A stretch of DNA of 64,000 nt from an uncultured Gammaproteobacteria bacterium (GTDB lineage Bacteria > Patescibacteriota > Microgenomatia > 2-02-FULL-39-11), in assembly GCA_964544585.1 (NCBI GenBank), contig CAZJBV010000001.1, positions 119,717 to 183,716 of the forward strand, written 5' to 3'. The translations under genes were made by a program, and so were the position numbers. Positions 27,508 through 38,192 of the stretch are shown in pieces. The notes under the pieces were generated by a model. That model saw only the letters and a program-made list of their open reading frames with translations. It was not told the origin of the DNA and searched no databases. Position 1 is the first letter of the stretch. Each line of letters begins with the position of its first letter.

Positions 27508-28453
27508 CTCCATTTACCCAGGTATGATTATTAAAGACCCAGTTGATGAGATTTGCTGTTTCGCCGAAGCGGTCTTGACTTTTGAGAAGAACGACTAGAA
27601 TTGCGGTATTGTTTCTTTTGACTAGTGTCACAAGGCATTCTTCCGCATTTTCGGTAAAACCTGTTTTTATGCCGGCAACTCCGGGAATGCCTCCTAATAA
27701 TTGATTTACATTGTGAAGTTCATGAAAGTAAGTATATGAAGTATCCGAAACTGTGATGGAGCGGGTGGCGACAATTTTTCCGATATTTTTATTTTGAAGA
27801 GCCAATTTTGCCAGGCTCGCTAGCTCTTTTGCGGTGGTATAGTGATTTGTATCGTCAAAACCCATGGGGTTGGTGAAGCGGGTATTTATAAGGCTTAAAG
27901 TGGCGGCTTTTTGATTCATGGCTTCGATAAATTTGGTAATTCCGCCGGGGTAGTTTTCGGCAATTGTCAGGGAAGCGTCATTTGCCGAGGCAACCAGGAG
28001 TCCGTATAAAAGAGACTCGAAGGTGATTTTTTCACCGACTCTAAGACCCATCGAAGCCTCACGGGGGTCGATCTTATTGACAGTCAGGATGTCTTCTAGC
28101 TTAAAATAGTCAAAGGCTACAAGGGCGGTGACTATTTTGGTGGTGGAAGCCGGAGAAAGGCGAATGTCGGGATTTTTTTGATAGAGAATAGTACCCGATG
28201 GCAGGTCTAAAACGTATACTCCTTCGGCCGTAAGATAGGGGGCGGGAATATTTCTGGTGTTTTGGGGGTAGGGGGTGGGAGTGGCAGCGATTTTTATCTC
28301 TTCTGGTTGATATTGATCGTTTGAAATTGAGTATTCATATAACTTAAACCCTGGGAAAAGTGCCAAAAGAAAAGCAAAAAGGGCGATTTTAAGAGAAAGT
28401 AAAATATATCTTGAGTGAAAACTCTTGTCGGCTCTCTTTTTATTTTTTTTCAT
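27488..28453 (-). CDS. D-alanyl-D-alanine carboxypeptidase (S11, PBP5/6-like)
   Basis: Has the SxxK active site ASTTK, then SAN and KTG-like motifs, and an N-terminal TM anchor. Confidence 0.75.
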   Translation of the reverse strand: MKKNKKRADKSFHSRYILLSLKIALFAFLLALFPGFKLYEYSISNDQYQPEEIKIAATPTPYPQNTRNIPAPYLTAEGVYVLDLPSGTILYQKNPDIRLSPASTTKIVTALVAFDYFKLEDILTVNKIDPREASMGLRVGEKITFESLLYGLLVASANDASLTIAENYPGGITKFIEAMNQKAATLSLINTRFTNPMGFDDTNHYTTAKELASLAKLALQNKNIGKIVATRSITVSDTSYTYFHELHNVNQLLGGIPGVAGIKTGFTENAEECLVTLVKRNNTAILVVLLKSQDRFGETANLINWVFNNHTWVNGASSPVE

Positions 28454-29841
28454 CGCAATTTGATGCCTAATTCTTTTAACTGTTCATCATTAACTTTGCT
28501 GGGCGCATCCATGACAGAAATCTGGCCTCCAGCTGAAGCTGGGAAAGCCATGACTTCACGGACGCTTGGTTCACCTAAAACGGCCATGAGAAAGCGATCG
28601 ATTCCGGGGGCAATGCCGCCGTGAGGAGGAACCCCATATCTGAATGCAGCTAGCATGTGGGTGAACTGCTTTTTTTGGTCTTCTGTAAAACCAATAAGGG
28701 AAAATACTTTTTCCTGAATCTTGGGATCGTGGATTCTAATACTTCCTCCGCCGATTTCAAAACCATTGAGGACGAGGTCATGCTGGAGGCCACGGACTTT
28801 GAGGGGATCGGTATCCAGTAAGGGGATATCGTCAGAATGAGGGGCGGTAAACATGTGATGTGAAGGAGCAAACTTTGCTTGTCCTGAGCCGTAATAGAAA
28901 TCTTCTTTTGTTTGCTCCTTAAAAAGGGGAAAATCGATGGTCCAGGAAAAAGCTAGTTCGTTTGGATCACTTTTATTTTTTCTTAGATCGGGTTTGTCTG
29001 TGCCATATTTTTTTTGGACCTCGTTATGAGAAAGTCGCGGAAAAGGAATTTGGGTAATAGCTTTTTGGGGAAAATATTTTTTAACTATGCCTATATAAAG
29101 CTCCTCGGTTAAATTTAATATGTCTTCTTGGGTAACAAAAGACATTTCCAAATCGAGTTGAGTAAATTCTCCATAGGCTCTGTCTTTTCGCGGATCTTCG
29201 TCTCGGAAACACCGGGCTATTTGGAAATATCGCTCGAAACCGGCAACCATGAGAAGCTGTTTGTATTGTTGGGGGGATTGGGGCAGGGCGTAGAATTTAC
29301 CATTTTGGAGTCTGGATGGAACCAGAAAATCGCGCGCACCTTCTGGTGTAGTCTTGGTCAAAATGGGCGTTTCGATTTCGACAAAGTCTCTTTCGAGGAG
29401 AAAACTTCTGATAAAGGAAACTACTTTTGAGCGAATTCTCATATTTTTTGCCATTCGGGGTCGGCGAAGATCGAGGTAGCGATACTTCATCCGTAATTCT
29501 TCGTCGATATTGTAGCCATCATTATCAATCGGAAAAGGCAGATCTATTGCATGGGAGATAATTTCTATTTTTGAGGCTTCGACTTCGACTGAGCCTGTCG
29601 CTATTTTAGGATTAACCAGTTTTTCGGGGCGTTTTTTAACTGTGCCTATGATTTTTACTACGTCTTCGTTTCTAATTGAGCCTATTAAATCTTGCCTGAC
29701 AACGACCTGGATAATGCCGGTTCTGTCTCTAAGATCAATGAAGACTATTTTGCCGTGATCTCTTCTTGTTTCTACCCAACCTAAAAGCATGATTTCCTCA
29801 CCAATTTTTTTTAGTGTTTCGGCAGTGAGTGTTCTTGACAT
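28450..29841 (-). CDS. aspS: aspartate--tRNA ligase (short, GAD-less form; possibly non-discriminating)
   Basis: An anticodon-binding OB fold (GWVETRRDHGKIVFIDLRDRTGIIQVV) and class II motifs (FRDED, GGGSIRIHD). Confidence 0.8.
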   Translation of the reverse strand: MSRTLTAETLKKIGEEIMLLGWVETRRDHGKIVFIDLRDRTGIIQVVVRQDLIGSIRNEDVVKIIGTVKKRPEKLVNPKIATGSVEVEASKIEIISHAIDLPFPIDNDGYNIDEELRMKYRYLDLRRPRMAKNMRIRSKVVSFIRSFLLERDFVEIETPILTKTTPEGARDFLVPSRLQNGKFYALPQSPQQYKQLLMVAGFERYFQIARCFRDEDPRKDRAYGEFTQLDLEMSFVTQEDILNLTEELYIGIVKKYFPQKAITQIPFPRLSHNEVQKKYGTDKPDLRKNKSDPNELAFSWTIDFPLFKEQTKEDFYYGSGQAKFAPSHHMFTAPHSDDIPLLDTDPLKVRGLQHDLVLNGFEIGGGSIRIHDPKIQEKVFSLIGFTEDQKKQFTHMLAAFRYGVPPHGGIAPGIDRFLMAVLGEPSVREVMAFPASAGGQISVMDAPSKVNDEQLKELGIKLR

Positions 29842-29867
29842 ATGATTCCTTTCTTAGGGTCAGACCT

Positions 29868-31091
29868 TTAATGCGTTGAAGGTCTGACCCTGATATACTC
29901 ATTATACTTTTCTAATGCTAGGCCAAGAAGTTTTATAGCTCGTTTGAGTTTTTTTTCTTCCAAGACATAGGCGATGCGGATCTCCTGACGGCCTAAACCA
30001 GGGGTGGCATAAAATCCACCTGCTGGAGAAATCATGACCGTTTCTTTGTTGTGAGAGAAATCGGTAAGGAGAAAGCGGGCAAAATCATCGGAATTGTCAA
30101 CCGGGATTTCGACGATTATATAAAAGGCTCCAAATGAAGGAATGAATTTGGCTCCGTCTATTTTTCGCAATTCTTTAATTACCACATTTCTTCTACTAGC
30201 ATAGATTCTCCGTACCTTTTCGACATATTTTTGGTGATTTTTGAGTAAATTTATGACTGCAAGCTGTTCGACCGTGGCAACGGAGAGTCTGCCCTGGGCA
30301 AAGCGAAGTATACTACTCATTACTTCTTTGTTTTTGCTGACCACACAACCAATACGAGCTCCACAGGCATTGAACCTTTTGGAGACACTATCGACTATAA
30401 TGAGGCGGTCTTTCAATTGGTTAAATCTGGTGAGAGGGAAAACTTTTTGGCCCTCAAAAACTATCTCCTGATATGTCTCGTCGGAAATAATAAAGAGATT
30501 GTGCGTAACTGCAACCTCTGCTATCATTTCGATTTCCTTTTTGGTGTATACCGTTCCGGTGGGATTGTTGGGGTTGCAAATTATTATTCCTTTGGTTTTC
30601 TGGTTAATTGCCTTTTGGATTGTTTGCCTGTCAGGAAGGTGAAAACCCTCCTTTATGTGTGTCGTGACGGGTTTTAAATTGATGTTGCCCATTCCTGCAG
30701 AGATGGCATAGCTGGTATAAAATGGTTCAAAAACTAACAATTCGTCACCGGGATCTGCCACGGCAAAAAAGGCAAACATCAGTCCCTCCCCTCCTCCCGA
30801 AGTAACAATAATGTCTTCGGGTGCATAGTCGAAACCTTTATTCTGATAAAAGGTGCTCCATGCCAATCTTGTCTCTGGCATGCCGGTGGAGGGGGCATAT
30901 TCCAGAATTTTTCTTTTTAAGTGGCGAAATTCCCGCAGAATTTCGTCGGGAGTGGGAATATCGGGTTGTCCGATATTGACATGGTAAACTTTTATGCCTT
31001 TTTCTTTAGCAATATCTGCTAGTGGCACAAGTTTTCTGACTGCTGAGGCAGGTGTATTTATGGCGCGCTTTGAGACAGATAAGTTGGTCAT
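29868..31091 (-). CDS. class I/II PLP-dependent aminotransferase (aspartate aminotransferase-like)
   Basis: Has the N.GQPD motif, the SVSKRFNACGARIG lysine motif, and typical fold length. Confidence 0.8.
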   Translation of the reverse strand: MTNLSVSKRAINTPASAVRKLVPLADIAKEKGIKVYHVNIGQPDIPTPDEILREFRHLKRKILEYAPSTGMPETRLAWSTFYQNKGFDYAPEDIIVTSGGGEGLMFAFFAVADPGDELLVFEPFYTSYAISAGMGNINLKPVTTHIKEGFHLPDRQTIQKAINQKTKGIIICNPNNPTGTVYTKKEIEMIAEVAVTHNLFIISDETYQEIVFEGQKVFPLTRFNQLKDRLIIVDSVSKRFNACGARIGCVVSKNKEVMSSILRFAQGRLSVATVEQLAVINLLKNHQKYVEKVRRIYASRRNVVIKELRKIDGAKFIPSFGAFYIIVEIPVDNSDDFARFLLTDFSHNKETVMISPAGGFYATPGLGRQEIRIAYVLEEKKLKRAIKLLGLALEKYNEYIRVRPSTH

Positions 31092-31092
31092 T

Positions 31093-32592
31093 TTAGCCTA
31101 GACTCCTTCTTAGTTTTCCGGATGCGGTAATTAGGTTGGCAATATTATTTCTTTTTTCTATCCGCTTGTATATTTTATTTGTCAATAATTTGTGTTCATG
31201 ATGGATTGACCTTTTTGGTCCAAGTTCTATATTAAGTGTAGTTTCTATGCCTTCGATGTCTTCTTTTAATTCTTTTTCTAAGCCGATTTTTTGGCCAATT
31301 CTGGCGATATTTTCCTTGTTAAGAAAATAGCCTGCCATTATCATATCATTTTTTAGGTGTATGTAATGCTTTAAGACTATATCCATTAAACCCTTATTTT
31401 TAAGTCTTTTTAGTATCCTGCCAGTGCCGATTAATTCAGGGGGTAAACCTATTGAATAAAGGCTGCCTGTAAAGGGAATTGCGCGGGGAAGTTTTACTTT
31501 TCCTACACCCCGAGAATAACCAAATAGGCCAATATGCTGTAATCTTTCTCTTCTTTTGGGAAATGTTTTACTTATTTTATTGATAAGAGGAGCTAGAAGC
31601 TCGACGGAATTTCGATAGGGCAATTCTGCCTCGGGAATAATTTTTTTAATTATTTCCTTGTCCTTTGGCGAAACTTTTTGTGGGGTTTGGGGCAATACTT
31701 TTTTTAGTCGGGCAACAGCCTTTTTTACACTCTCTTTGGGATAGTCATAGCGGAAGGCGCTTTGAATAGTAAATGTGGCCACGCCTTTGTATTCCGAAAT
31801 TACATTGTCTAAGTTTTCCGGATTCATGCTGCCGCGGAAAGGCAAAGAACCTGTGCCAAGTAGCGGATACAGGGCGACACCTGACTTATCTTGAAATTTT
31901 TGATATTCGGAGAGAGCAACTTTGGCTGCCAAGACCGTGGGGACGATGCCGGAATTTAATGCAGGGTCACTGCGGGCTATGTAAGGACGGATATATTCGG
32001 GATGTCGTCGGAATTTATTTTTATACAATTTAAGGTATCTTCTGAGAATATCAGCTGAATTAATAATGATAGAAACCTGTTCAAATAAGGGGATAACTTC
32101 GAGTTTTTGGATCGAGTGGTCCATTTTTAAAAGAGGGTTTTTAACAGAAACCAGTTCGGCAAAAGCTTCCTGAATATTGAATATATCTTCGGCTGTTTCG
32201 GTCAAGGGTAGGATGGCCTCAAAAATGGGAGGAGAGCTAAATCCTAGACTTTTGGCGTGCTGACTTGAGGTGATGGCCACCATAAAGGCGCGGGCGAGGC
32301 GAAATTGAGATTCGACGCGGGGGTTTGGGATCCGGAATGTAATAAACTTTTCTTTACCGATGGGATGATCTGAAAAATAATTATAGAAATTATGGAGGAG
32401 ACGATCATATACTTCCTCGTCGACAAATTTTCCTTCCCAATCCCAGTTGTATTCGTCGATATCAAATTCTTTGAAGCAGAGAAAACTCTCTTTTAACTCG
32501 GCGAGGGTGGAAACGACGGGCCGCGGATACCAGGAAAGCTTCCGGGCATTGTCCGGATGCTGAGTTGCCATGGAGGTGGGGATAATTCTCAT
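31093..32592 (-). CDS. archaeal-type phosphoenolpyruvate carboxylase (PEPcase_2)
   Basis: About 500 aa starting MRIIPTSMATQHPDN, which is diagnostic of the archaeal-type PEPC family rather than the 900-aa bacterial Ppc. Confidence 0.7.
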   Translation of the reverse strand: MRIIPTSMATQHPDNARKLSWYPRPVVSTLAELKESFLCFKEFDIDEYNWDWEGKFVDEEVYDRLLHNFYNYFSDHPIGKEKFITFRIPNPRVESQFRLARAFMVAITSSQHAKSLGFSSPPIFEAILPLTETAEDIFNIQEAFAELVSVKNPLLKMDHSIQKLEVIPLFEQVSIIINSADILRRYLKLYKNKFRRHPEYIRPYIARSDPALNSGIVPTVLAAKVALSEYQKFQDKSGVALYPLLGTGSLPFRGSMNPENLDNVISEYKGVATFTIQSAFRYDYPKESVKKAVARLKKVLPQTPQKVSPKDKEIIKKIIPEAELPYRNSVELLAPLINKISKTFPKRRERLQHIGLFGYSRGVGKVKLPRAIPFTGSLYSIGLPPELIGTGRILKRLKNKGLMDIVLKHYIHLKNDMIMAGYFLNKENIARIGQKIGLEKELKEDIEGIETTLNIELGPKRSIHHEHKLLTNKIYKRIEKRNNIANLITASGKLRRSLG

Positions 32593-32957
32593 AGTAATCT
32601 AGCCATAATCCCGTACAAAGCTTACTTGCTCGCATGGTTTACATCCATGCCTCGCGAGGGCGCTTATACGGGATTGATCGGCTGGTAAACTCTCCGCTAG
32701 ATGGCGGATCGTTAACCAGCCATCAAAAAATCACCTTTCTGAAGGGTGATATAAATCACGGTGCCACCTTGCTTTTCCGCCAGAAATGGGCGGACTTATT
32801 TATTGCTATTACGGGCTTGCCCGGCAAGGTCTACTTATAAAGATATGAGGATAAATGATAAACGATATGAAGAAAATTATTTCTTATCTTTTATCTTGTA
32901 TCTCTTATCTTATATTTTCTTCTTGCGGCTCGGGTGTGTCTGGCACCGTCATCGCCT

Positions 32958-34598
32958 TTATTCATTTGGGATATTAACATCTTTTATATTTAATTGCAAA
33001 CTGGTTTTTCCATTCCAATGATTTTCTTCCAGGGAATAAGCGATATCCATATTTTTTTTCAATTGTTTAAATCTGTCTCCTAGGCCAAAGCCTATACCAT
33101 CAATAATGTCATTTTTGTTGGCGAATTGAACTTTTAAATGTTGTCCATAACTCCCTACTTTTTTGGCATTGATGATAGTTACCCTTTCTGTGGCAAAGAC
33201 TGGTTCGGGATTTCCTATACCGTAGGGAGATAATTTACTAACTACCGTTAACAAATCTTTGCCTATAAGGTCAAAAATGAGCGGACAGTCGATAGAAAGG
33301 GATTTTATCAGAAGATTTGGGTCGATTGTTGACTCTGCTATTTGATAAAGTCTTTTGATTAGAGAGGGGATTTTGTTTTTCTCGACCGTGAATCCGCCTG
33401 CCATCGGATGTCCGCCGACATTCTCTAAAAGATTGTCTATCGACCTTACCATTTCGGTAATATTTACTCCGGGAATAGACCTCATTGAAGCTTTTGCCAG
33501 AGGCCCAGTTTCGGAAATGACTATGGCCGGTTTATAAAAAATTTCGGCGAGTTTTCCGGCAACAAGCCCAATGATGCCTGGATTGTATTGTCCACTAATG
33601 GCAATAATTTTTTCATTATTTGCGGAATTTTTATATTGGTCTATTGCCTCTTTTAGAGCTATCTCTGAGGCTTGTTGGCGCGATTTATTTGTTTGATTTA
33701 AGAGAAAAGCCAATTTTTCGGCACGATCAATATCTTTGGTACACATGAGGCGGAGTGAGTCGAGGGCATGAGCAATTCTGCCCATGGCATTTATTCTCGG
33801 GCCGAGAATAAAGCCTATATCAAAGACGCCAATTTTTTCCTTTTTAATTCCTGCCTGTTTGATGAGGGCATTGAGGCCTATTCTTTTGGTTTTTCTTAGT
33901 TCATCCAGTCCATGCACGACTAGCGATCTGCCTACTCCCTGAAGGGGCATGCAGTCGGAAACTGTAGCAAGGGCACAGAGATCTAGGTTGGCGGCGCTTT
34001 CTGGCTTTTTTATTTTAGTTAGGTTATTTATTACATACCAGGCAATTGAGGTGGCGCAAATTTTGGTGGTATGAACGATTTTGGCGTCTATAATATTGCC
34101 TTTGGTATGGTGGTCAAGGACGATGGTTTCTATCCCGCAATCTTTTGCATACTGGATTTGTGATTGGGCAGATATGCCATTGTCAATGGTGATAATAAGA
34201 GATGGATTATATGCTTTTTTAATATTATCGATGCCTATTTTGCCTAGACCATATCCTTCTTTTTTCCTTTCTGGGACGTAGGGCATGACTTTGAGGCCAT
34301 ACTCGTATAGACCCTCCCAAAGGATGGTACCGCCTAAGATTCCGTCTACATCATAATCTGTGTAGATGACGATAGATTCTTTGTCTCTTTTTGCTTTATT
34401 TATTCTTTCTAAAACAATTTTGAGGTCTTTTTTATCTATATTGAGATCTTTTAGTGAAATGTCGGCAGGGTGAGACGGGTTCTGGAAAAATTTTTTTGCA
34501 TCTTCTGTTGCAAGTCCTCTATTTTGATAGAGAGTATTTTCTATGTCTTTAATACTTTTATGAACAGTACTGGAAATTTTTTTCCAAACTTGAGCCAT
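32958..34598 (-). CDS. recJ: single-stranded-DNA-specific exonuclease RecJ
   Basis: Has the DHH motifs (DYDVDG, DHH), a DHHA1 domain and a C-terminal OB region. The start is trimmed to MAQVWKK to avoid overlap with divergent cca. Confidence 0.8.
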   Translation of the reverse strand: MAQVWKKISSTVHKSIKDIENTLYQNRGLATEDAKKFFQNPSHPADISLKDLNIDKKDLKIVLERINKAKRDKESIVIYTDYDVDGILGGTILWEGLYEYGLKVMPYVPERKKEGYGLGKIGIDNIKKAYNPSLIITIDNGISAQSQIQYAKDCGIETIVLDHHTKGNIIDAKIVHTTKICATSIAWYVINNLTKIKKPESAANLDLCALATVSDCMPLQGVGRSLVVHGLDELRKTKRIGLNALIKQAGIKKEKIGVFDIGFILGPRINAMGRIAHALDSLRLMCTKDIDRAEKLAFLLNQTNKSRQQASEIALKEAIDQYKNSANNEKIIAISGQYNPGIIGLVAGKLAEIFYKPAIVISETGPLAKASMRSIPGVNITEMVRSIDNLLENVGGHPMAGGFTVEKNKIPSLIKRLYQIAESTIDPNLLIKSLSIDCPLIFDLIGKDLLTVVSKLSPYGIGNPEPVFATERVTIINAKKVGSYGQHLKVQFANKNDIIDGIGFGLGDRFKQLKKNMDIAYSLEENHWNGKTSLQLNIKDVNIPNE

Positions 34599-34620
34599 CT
34601 GTGATGATATAATAACACTT

Positions 34621-35994
34621 ATGAAATATGCTCTTCCAGAAGAAGTTGGGAAAACTTTGCAGAAATTGCGAAATGCAGGGTTTGAGGCGTATGCGGTCGG
34701 AGGATGTGTGCGCGATCTTTTGTTGGAAAAGGAAACAAAGGATTGGGATTTTACCACCAATGCAACTCCGGAACAGATACTCTCACTTTTTCCAGATGGC
34801 TTTTATGATAATAAATTCGGAACGGTAGGAGTGCCGATAGAGTTAAAAGTTAAAAGTGAAAAGTTAAAAGTTGTTTATGAAATCACAACATACAGGATGG
34901 AGCATGGATATTCTGATCACAGGAGACCCGATAAAGTGGTGTGGGGAACTAGCCTCTCCGATGATCTCTCTAGGCGCGATTTTACAATCAATGCCATGGC
35001 TTATGACGGAAAAAAATTTTTTGATCCGTTTGAGGGAAAAAAAGATTTGGAGAAAAAATTAGTCCGGGCAGTAAGAAATCCAGAAGAACGATTTGCCGAG
35101 GATGCGCTCAGGATGATGAGGGCGGTAAGATTTGCTAGTGAATTGAGATTTACTATCGAGGAAAAAACATTTGCGGCCATACAAAAACATGTAAAACTCA
35201 TTAGTCATGTCTCTCATGAAAGAATAAGAGAAGAACTCGTGAGGATACTTTCATCATACTCCCCTGCTGACGGAATACTTCTTCTGAGAAATGGCGGACT
35301 TTTGGAAGTTATTCTTCCTGAAGTGGAAAGATGTTTCGGCGTCGAACAAAAAAGTCCCAAACGCCACCATATTTATGATGTAGGGACACACCTCGTTGAA
35401 TCATTGAGACATTGTCCTTCTCACGATCCTATCGTCAGGCTGGCGACGCTGCTTCATGACACGGGAAAAGCAGAAACGTACGCAAAAACAGATGAGGGAG
35501 TGATTACTTTTTATAATCATGAAATATTAGGAGGATCGATAGTCTTCAATATAGCCGAACGATTGAGGTTTTCTAAAAAGGAGAGAGAAAAGTTGGTAAC
35601 TCTGGTGAGATGTCATCAATTTACTGTTGATGAGAGACAGACTGATAAGGCTATACGTAGATTTATTAGAAATGTTGGCAGCGAAAATTTAGATGATATG
35701 CTTGCAGTTCGTATTGGAGACAGACTGGGAGGAGGAGCGACGGAAACTTCGTGGAGGCTGGAACTGTTTAAGAAGCGGCTGGTGGATGTACAAAAGCAAC
35801 CTTTTACTGTGGCAGACCTCAAAGCAGATGGAAATGATGTGATGAAAATCTATGGAATAGGATCTGGACCGTTGGTTGGGGTAGCACTCGATATGCTTTT
35901 TAATGATGTAGTTGAAGGAAAAATCAAAAACGAGCGCGAAGCACTTTTGCAAAGAATTGAGGATTTGAAGAAGGAAAGTAAGATAGGAAAGTAA
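34621..35994 (+). CDS. cca: CCA-adding tRNA nucleotidyltransferase with HD domain
   Basis: Has the polymerase beta head GGCVRD..L.....D.D and an HD domain (HD...LLHDTGK). Contains an in-frame heptamer repeat (ELKVKSEKLKV). Confidence 0.8.
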   Translation: MKYALPEEVGKTLQKLRNAGFEAYAVGGCVRDLLLEKETKDWDFTTNATPEQILSLFPDGFYDNKFGTVGVPIELKVKSEKLKVVYEITTYRMEHGYSDHRRPDKVVWGTSLSDDLSRRDFTINAMAYDGKKFFDPFEGKKDLEKKLVRAVRNPEERFAEDALRMMRAVRFASELRFTIEEKTFAAIQKHVKLISHVSHERIREELVRILSSYSPADGILLLRNGGLLEVILPEVERCFGVEQKSPKRHHIYDVGTHLVESLRHCPSHDPIVRLATLLHDTGKAETYAKTDEGVITFYNHEILGGSIVFNIAERLRFSKKEREKLVTLVRCHQFTVDERQTDKAIRRFIRNVGSENLDDMLAVRIGDRLGGGATETSWRLELFKKRLVDVQKQPFTVADLKADGNDVMKIYGIGSGPLVGVALDMLFNDVVEGKIKNEREALLQRIEDLKKESKIGK

Positions 35995-36882
35995 TCATTT
36001 TTTCTTTTTCCATTCTTCCCAAATGACTAAGAGTGGGGCGGCGTTGAAGATGGAGGAATAGGTTCCGGAGATGATACCTATAAGAAGGGCTACGATAAAC
36101 CATTTTATAGATTCTCCACCAAAAAGAAGAAGGGCTGTCAGTGTAAATAAAACGGTGAGGGAGGTAGAAAGGGAACGGGCTAGTGTTTGGAGGATTGCCT
36201 CGTTGACAATGTCTGAAAATGACTTGCCGGCCATTTTGATGAGATTTTCTCTGATTCGGTCAAAGACGACGATCGTATCATGGACTGAGAAGCCCATGAT
36301 GGTAAGGAGGGCTGTTATAAAAAGGCTGTCAATTTCCACACCTCCGAAATGTCCAAATATAGAAAATACTCCTACAACTACTAATATATCGTGAATAAGG
36401 GCGGCAACTGCACAAATGCCAAATTTCCATGAGGAATATCCTTTGGGAATTTTTCTAAATGCCAGAGTTATATATCCAATGATGGCGATTGAGGCTATTA
36501 TAACTCCCTGGATGGCCTTTTCTGTAGTCTCGCGTCCAATGGTCGGCCCGATCGTCTCAAAACGAAGTTCCTCGATATTTTGATATTTTTTAGTTATTGA
36601 TTTCTGAAACGATTTATTTGTTTTTTGATCTATCGGATCTGTTCTTATCAAGAAAGTTCCCTTTTGTGTCTCTTGGATACTAACAACTTTTAATTTTGCC
36701 TTTTGGGCAAGATTTTTAAGATCATTAGGTTTTGCCTTTTCTACTTTTAGTTCGATGAGACTTCCGCCGGTAAAATCCTGGGAGAGATTTAATCCCCAAA
36801 GAGAGAGAGCTATTAAACCAGGAATAATCGTCAATCCCGAGATTAGAAAGAATAACCACTTTTTGTCGATAATGTTTATCAT
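35995..36882 (-). CDS. secF: protein translocase subunit SecF
   Basis: A six-TM SecD/SecF family protein immediately downstream of secD. Confidence 0.85.
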   Translation of the reverse strand: MINIIDKKWLFFLISGLTIIPGLIALSLWGLNLSQDFTGGSLIELKVEKAKPNDLKNLAQKAKLKVVSIQETQKGTFLIRTDPIDQKTNKSFQKSITKKYQNIEELRFETIGPTIGRETTEKAIQGVIIASIAIIGYITLAFRKIPKGYSSWKFGICAVAALIHDILVVVGVFSIFGHFGGVEIDSLFITALLTIMGFSVHDTIVVFDRIRENLIKMAGKSFSDIVNEAILQTLARSLSTSLTVLFTLTALLLFGGESIKWFIVALLIGIISGTYSSIFNAAPLLVIWEEWKKKK

Positions 36883-36886
36883 TTAA

Positions 36887-38188
36887 TTATTTATATAAAT
36901 ATCTTAAAAATGTCCTGGTGACGGTGATGGCGCTAAAAAGTGAAACCATGATGCCGATTGCCAGGGTTATGGCAAAACCCCTGACGATACCTGTACCAAA
37001 CCAATATAAAATCGCACAGGTTATGAGGGAAGAAATATTGGAATCCCTGATTGAGGGAAAGGCGCGCTCAAAACCTAATTTGAGGGCTGTCTCTTTATTT
37101 TTTCCCCAACGAATTTCTTCTTTCATTCTTTCGAAAATGAGAATATTGGCATCAACGGCCATACCTATTGATAGAATAAATCCAGCGATGCCAGCAAGGG
37201 TAAGGGTGATGGGAACGAGGCGGAAAATGGCAAAGGTAATGAGGGTATAGACAATAAGAGCAAGGGTAGCGGCAAGGCCTAATCTTCGATACATAAAAAG
37301 CATAAAGGCTACAATGGAAGACCCACCAATTATACCTGCAATAATACTCTTTTGAATCGACTCTTGACCCAGAGTAGCTCCGATACTTGTTTGACTGATA
37401 ACCTTTATGGGTACGGGGAGAGCTCCGGCGTTGAGGGCAATTGAAAGATTTTTTGCTTCGGCAGATGTGAAATTACCTCTAATAATGGCATTGCCGCCAA
37501 TAATTTTTTCATCTACAGACGGCGCGGAAATTAACTGATTATCCAAAAAAATGGCGATGGTTTTGCCGACATTTTTTTCCGTCAATTCTTCAAATAATTT
37601 TGAGCCCTCTTTATCAAATTCGAGGGTGACGACGGGATTTCCCGAAGTTGTGTCGATTGTGACTTGGGATTTTCTCAGATTTTTTCCAGATAGTTTGGTA
37701 GGTACTGTCCAGACATTGGTAAAAGCTGAGGTGGTGGCAATTTCGGCTGCATTGGTAGCTTCCTCCCAAAAGCGAAGTTCTGCTGTTTGGCCGATGAGAT
37801 CGACTGCTTGTCCGGTATCCTTGACACCTGGTAATTCGACGATAATTCTATACGAATTTCCTACTTTTGCGGACTGGACGATGGGTTCGGTCAAGCCGTA
37901 GAGATTGACGCGTCTTTCGATCACTTCTTTGGCACTTACGAGAGCATCATCGCGATCTGATGGATTAATATCTTTCATGTCTGTTTCTAAAACCAAGTGT
38001 GTACCACCGGATAAATCGAGTCCGTAGTGAGTGCTTATCTCTTTTTTAAAAGTAAAAGGGCCAATTGAAAAATCTATATTGGGGGAATTTAGGGTGTAGT
38101 TAAAGAGAGTTAAATTGTTGGGAATATCAATAATGGCGGCCAAAACTGTCAAGAAAAGGATGATCCAAATAATATATCTCGTTAGCAT
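36887..38188 (-). CDS. secD: protein translocase subunit SecD
   Basis: A periplasmic domain followed by a C-terminal six-TM RND-like bundle (LGLDL.GG pattern). Confidence 0.85.
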   Translation of the reverse strand: MLTRYIIWIILFLTVLAAIIDIPNNLTLFNYTLNSPNIDFSIGPFTFKKEISTHYGLDLSGGTHLVLETDMKDINPSDRDDALVSAKEVIERRVNLYGLTEPIVQSAKVGNSYRIIVELPGVKDTGQAVDLIGQTAELRFWEEATNAAEIATTSAFTNVWTVPTKLSGKNLRKSQVTIDTTSGNPVVTLEFDKEGSKLFEELTEKNVGKTIAIFLDNQLISAPSVDEKIIGGNAIIRGNFTSAEAKNLSIALNAGALPVPIKVISQTSIGATLGQESIQKSIIAGIIGGSSIVAFMLFMYRRLGLAATLALIVYTLITFAIFRLVPITLTLAGIAGFILSIGMAVDANILIFERMKEEIRWGKNKETALKLGFERAFPSIRDSNISSLITCAILYWFGTGIVRGFAITLAIGIMVSLFSAITVTRTFLRYLYK

Positions 38189-38192
38189 GTTT

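Noticed and set aside
32634-33021. Two plus-strand ORFs in the recJ-PEPC spacer and recJ 3' end
   Set aside because: No RBS and no motifs. They overlap the recJ C-terminus antisense.
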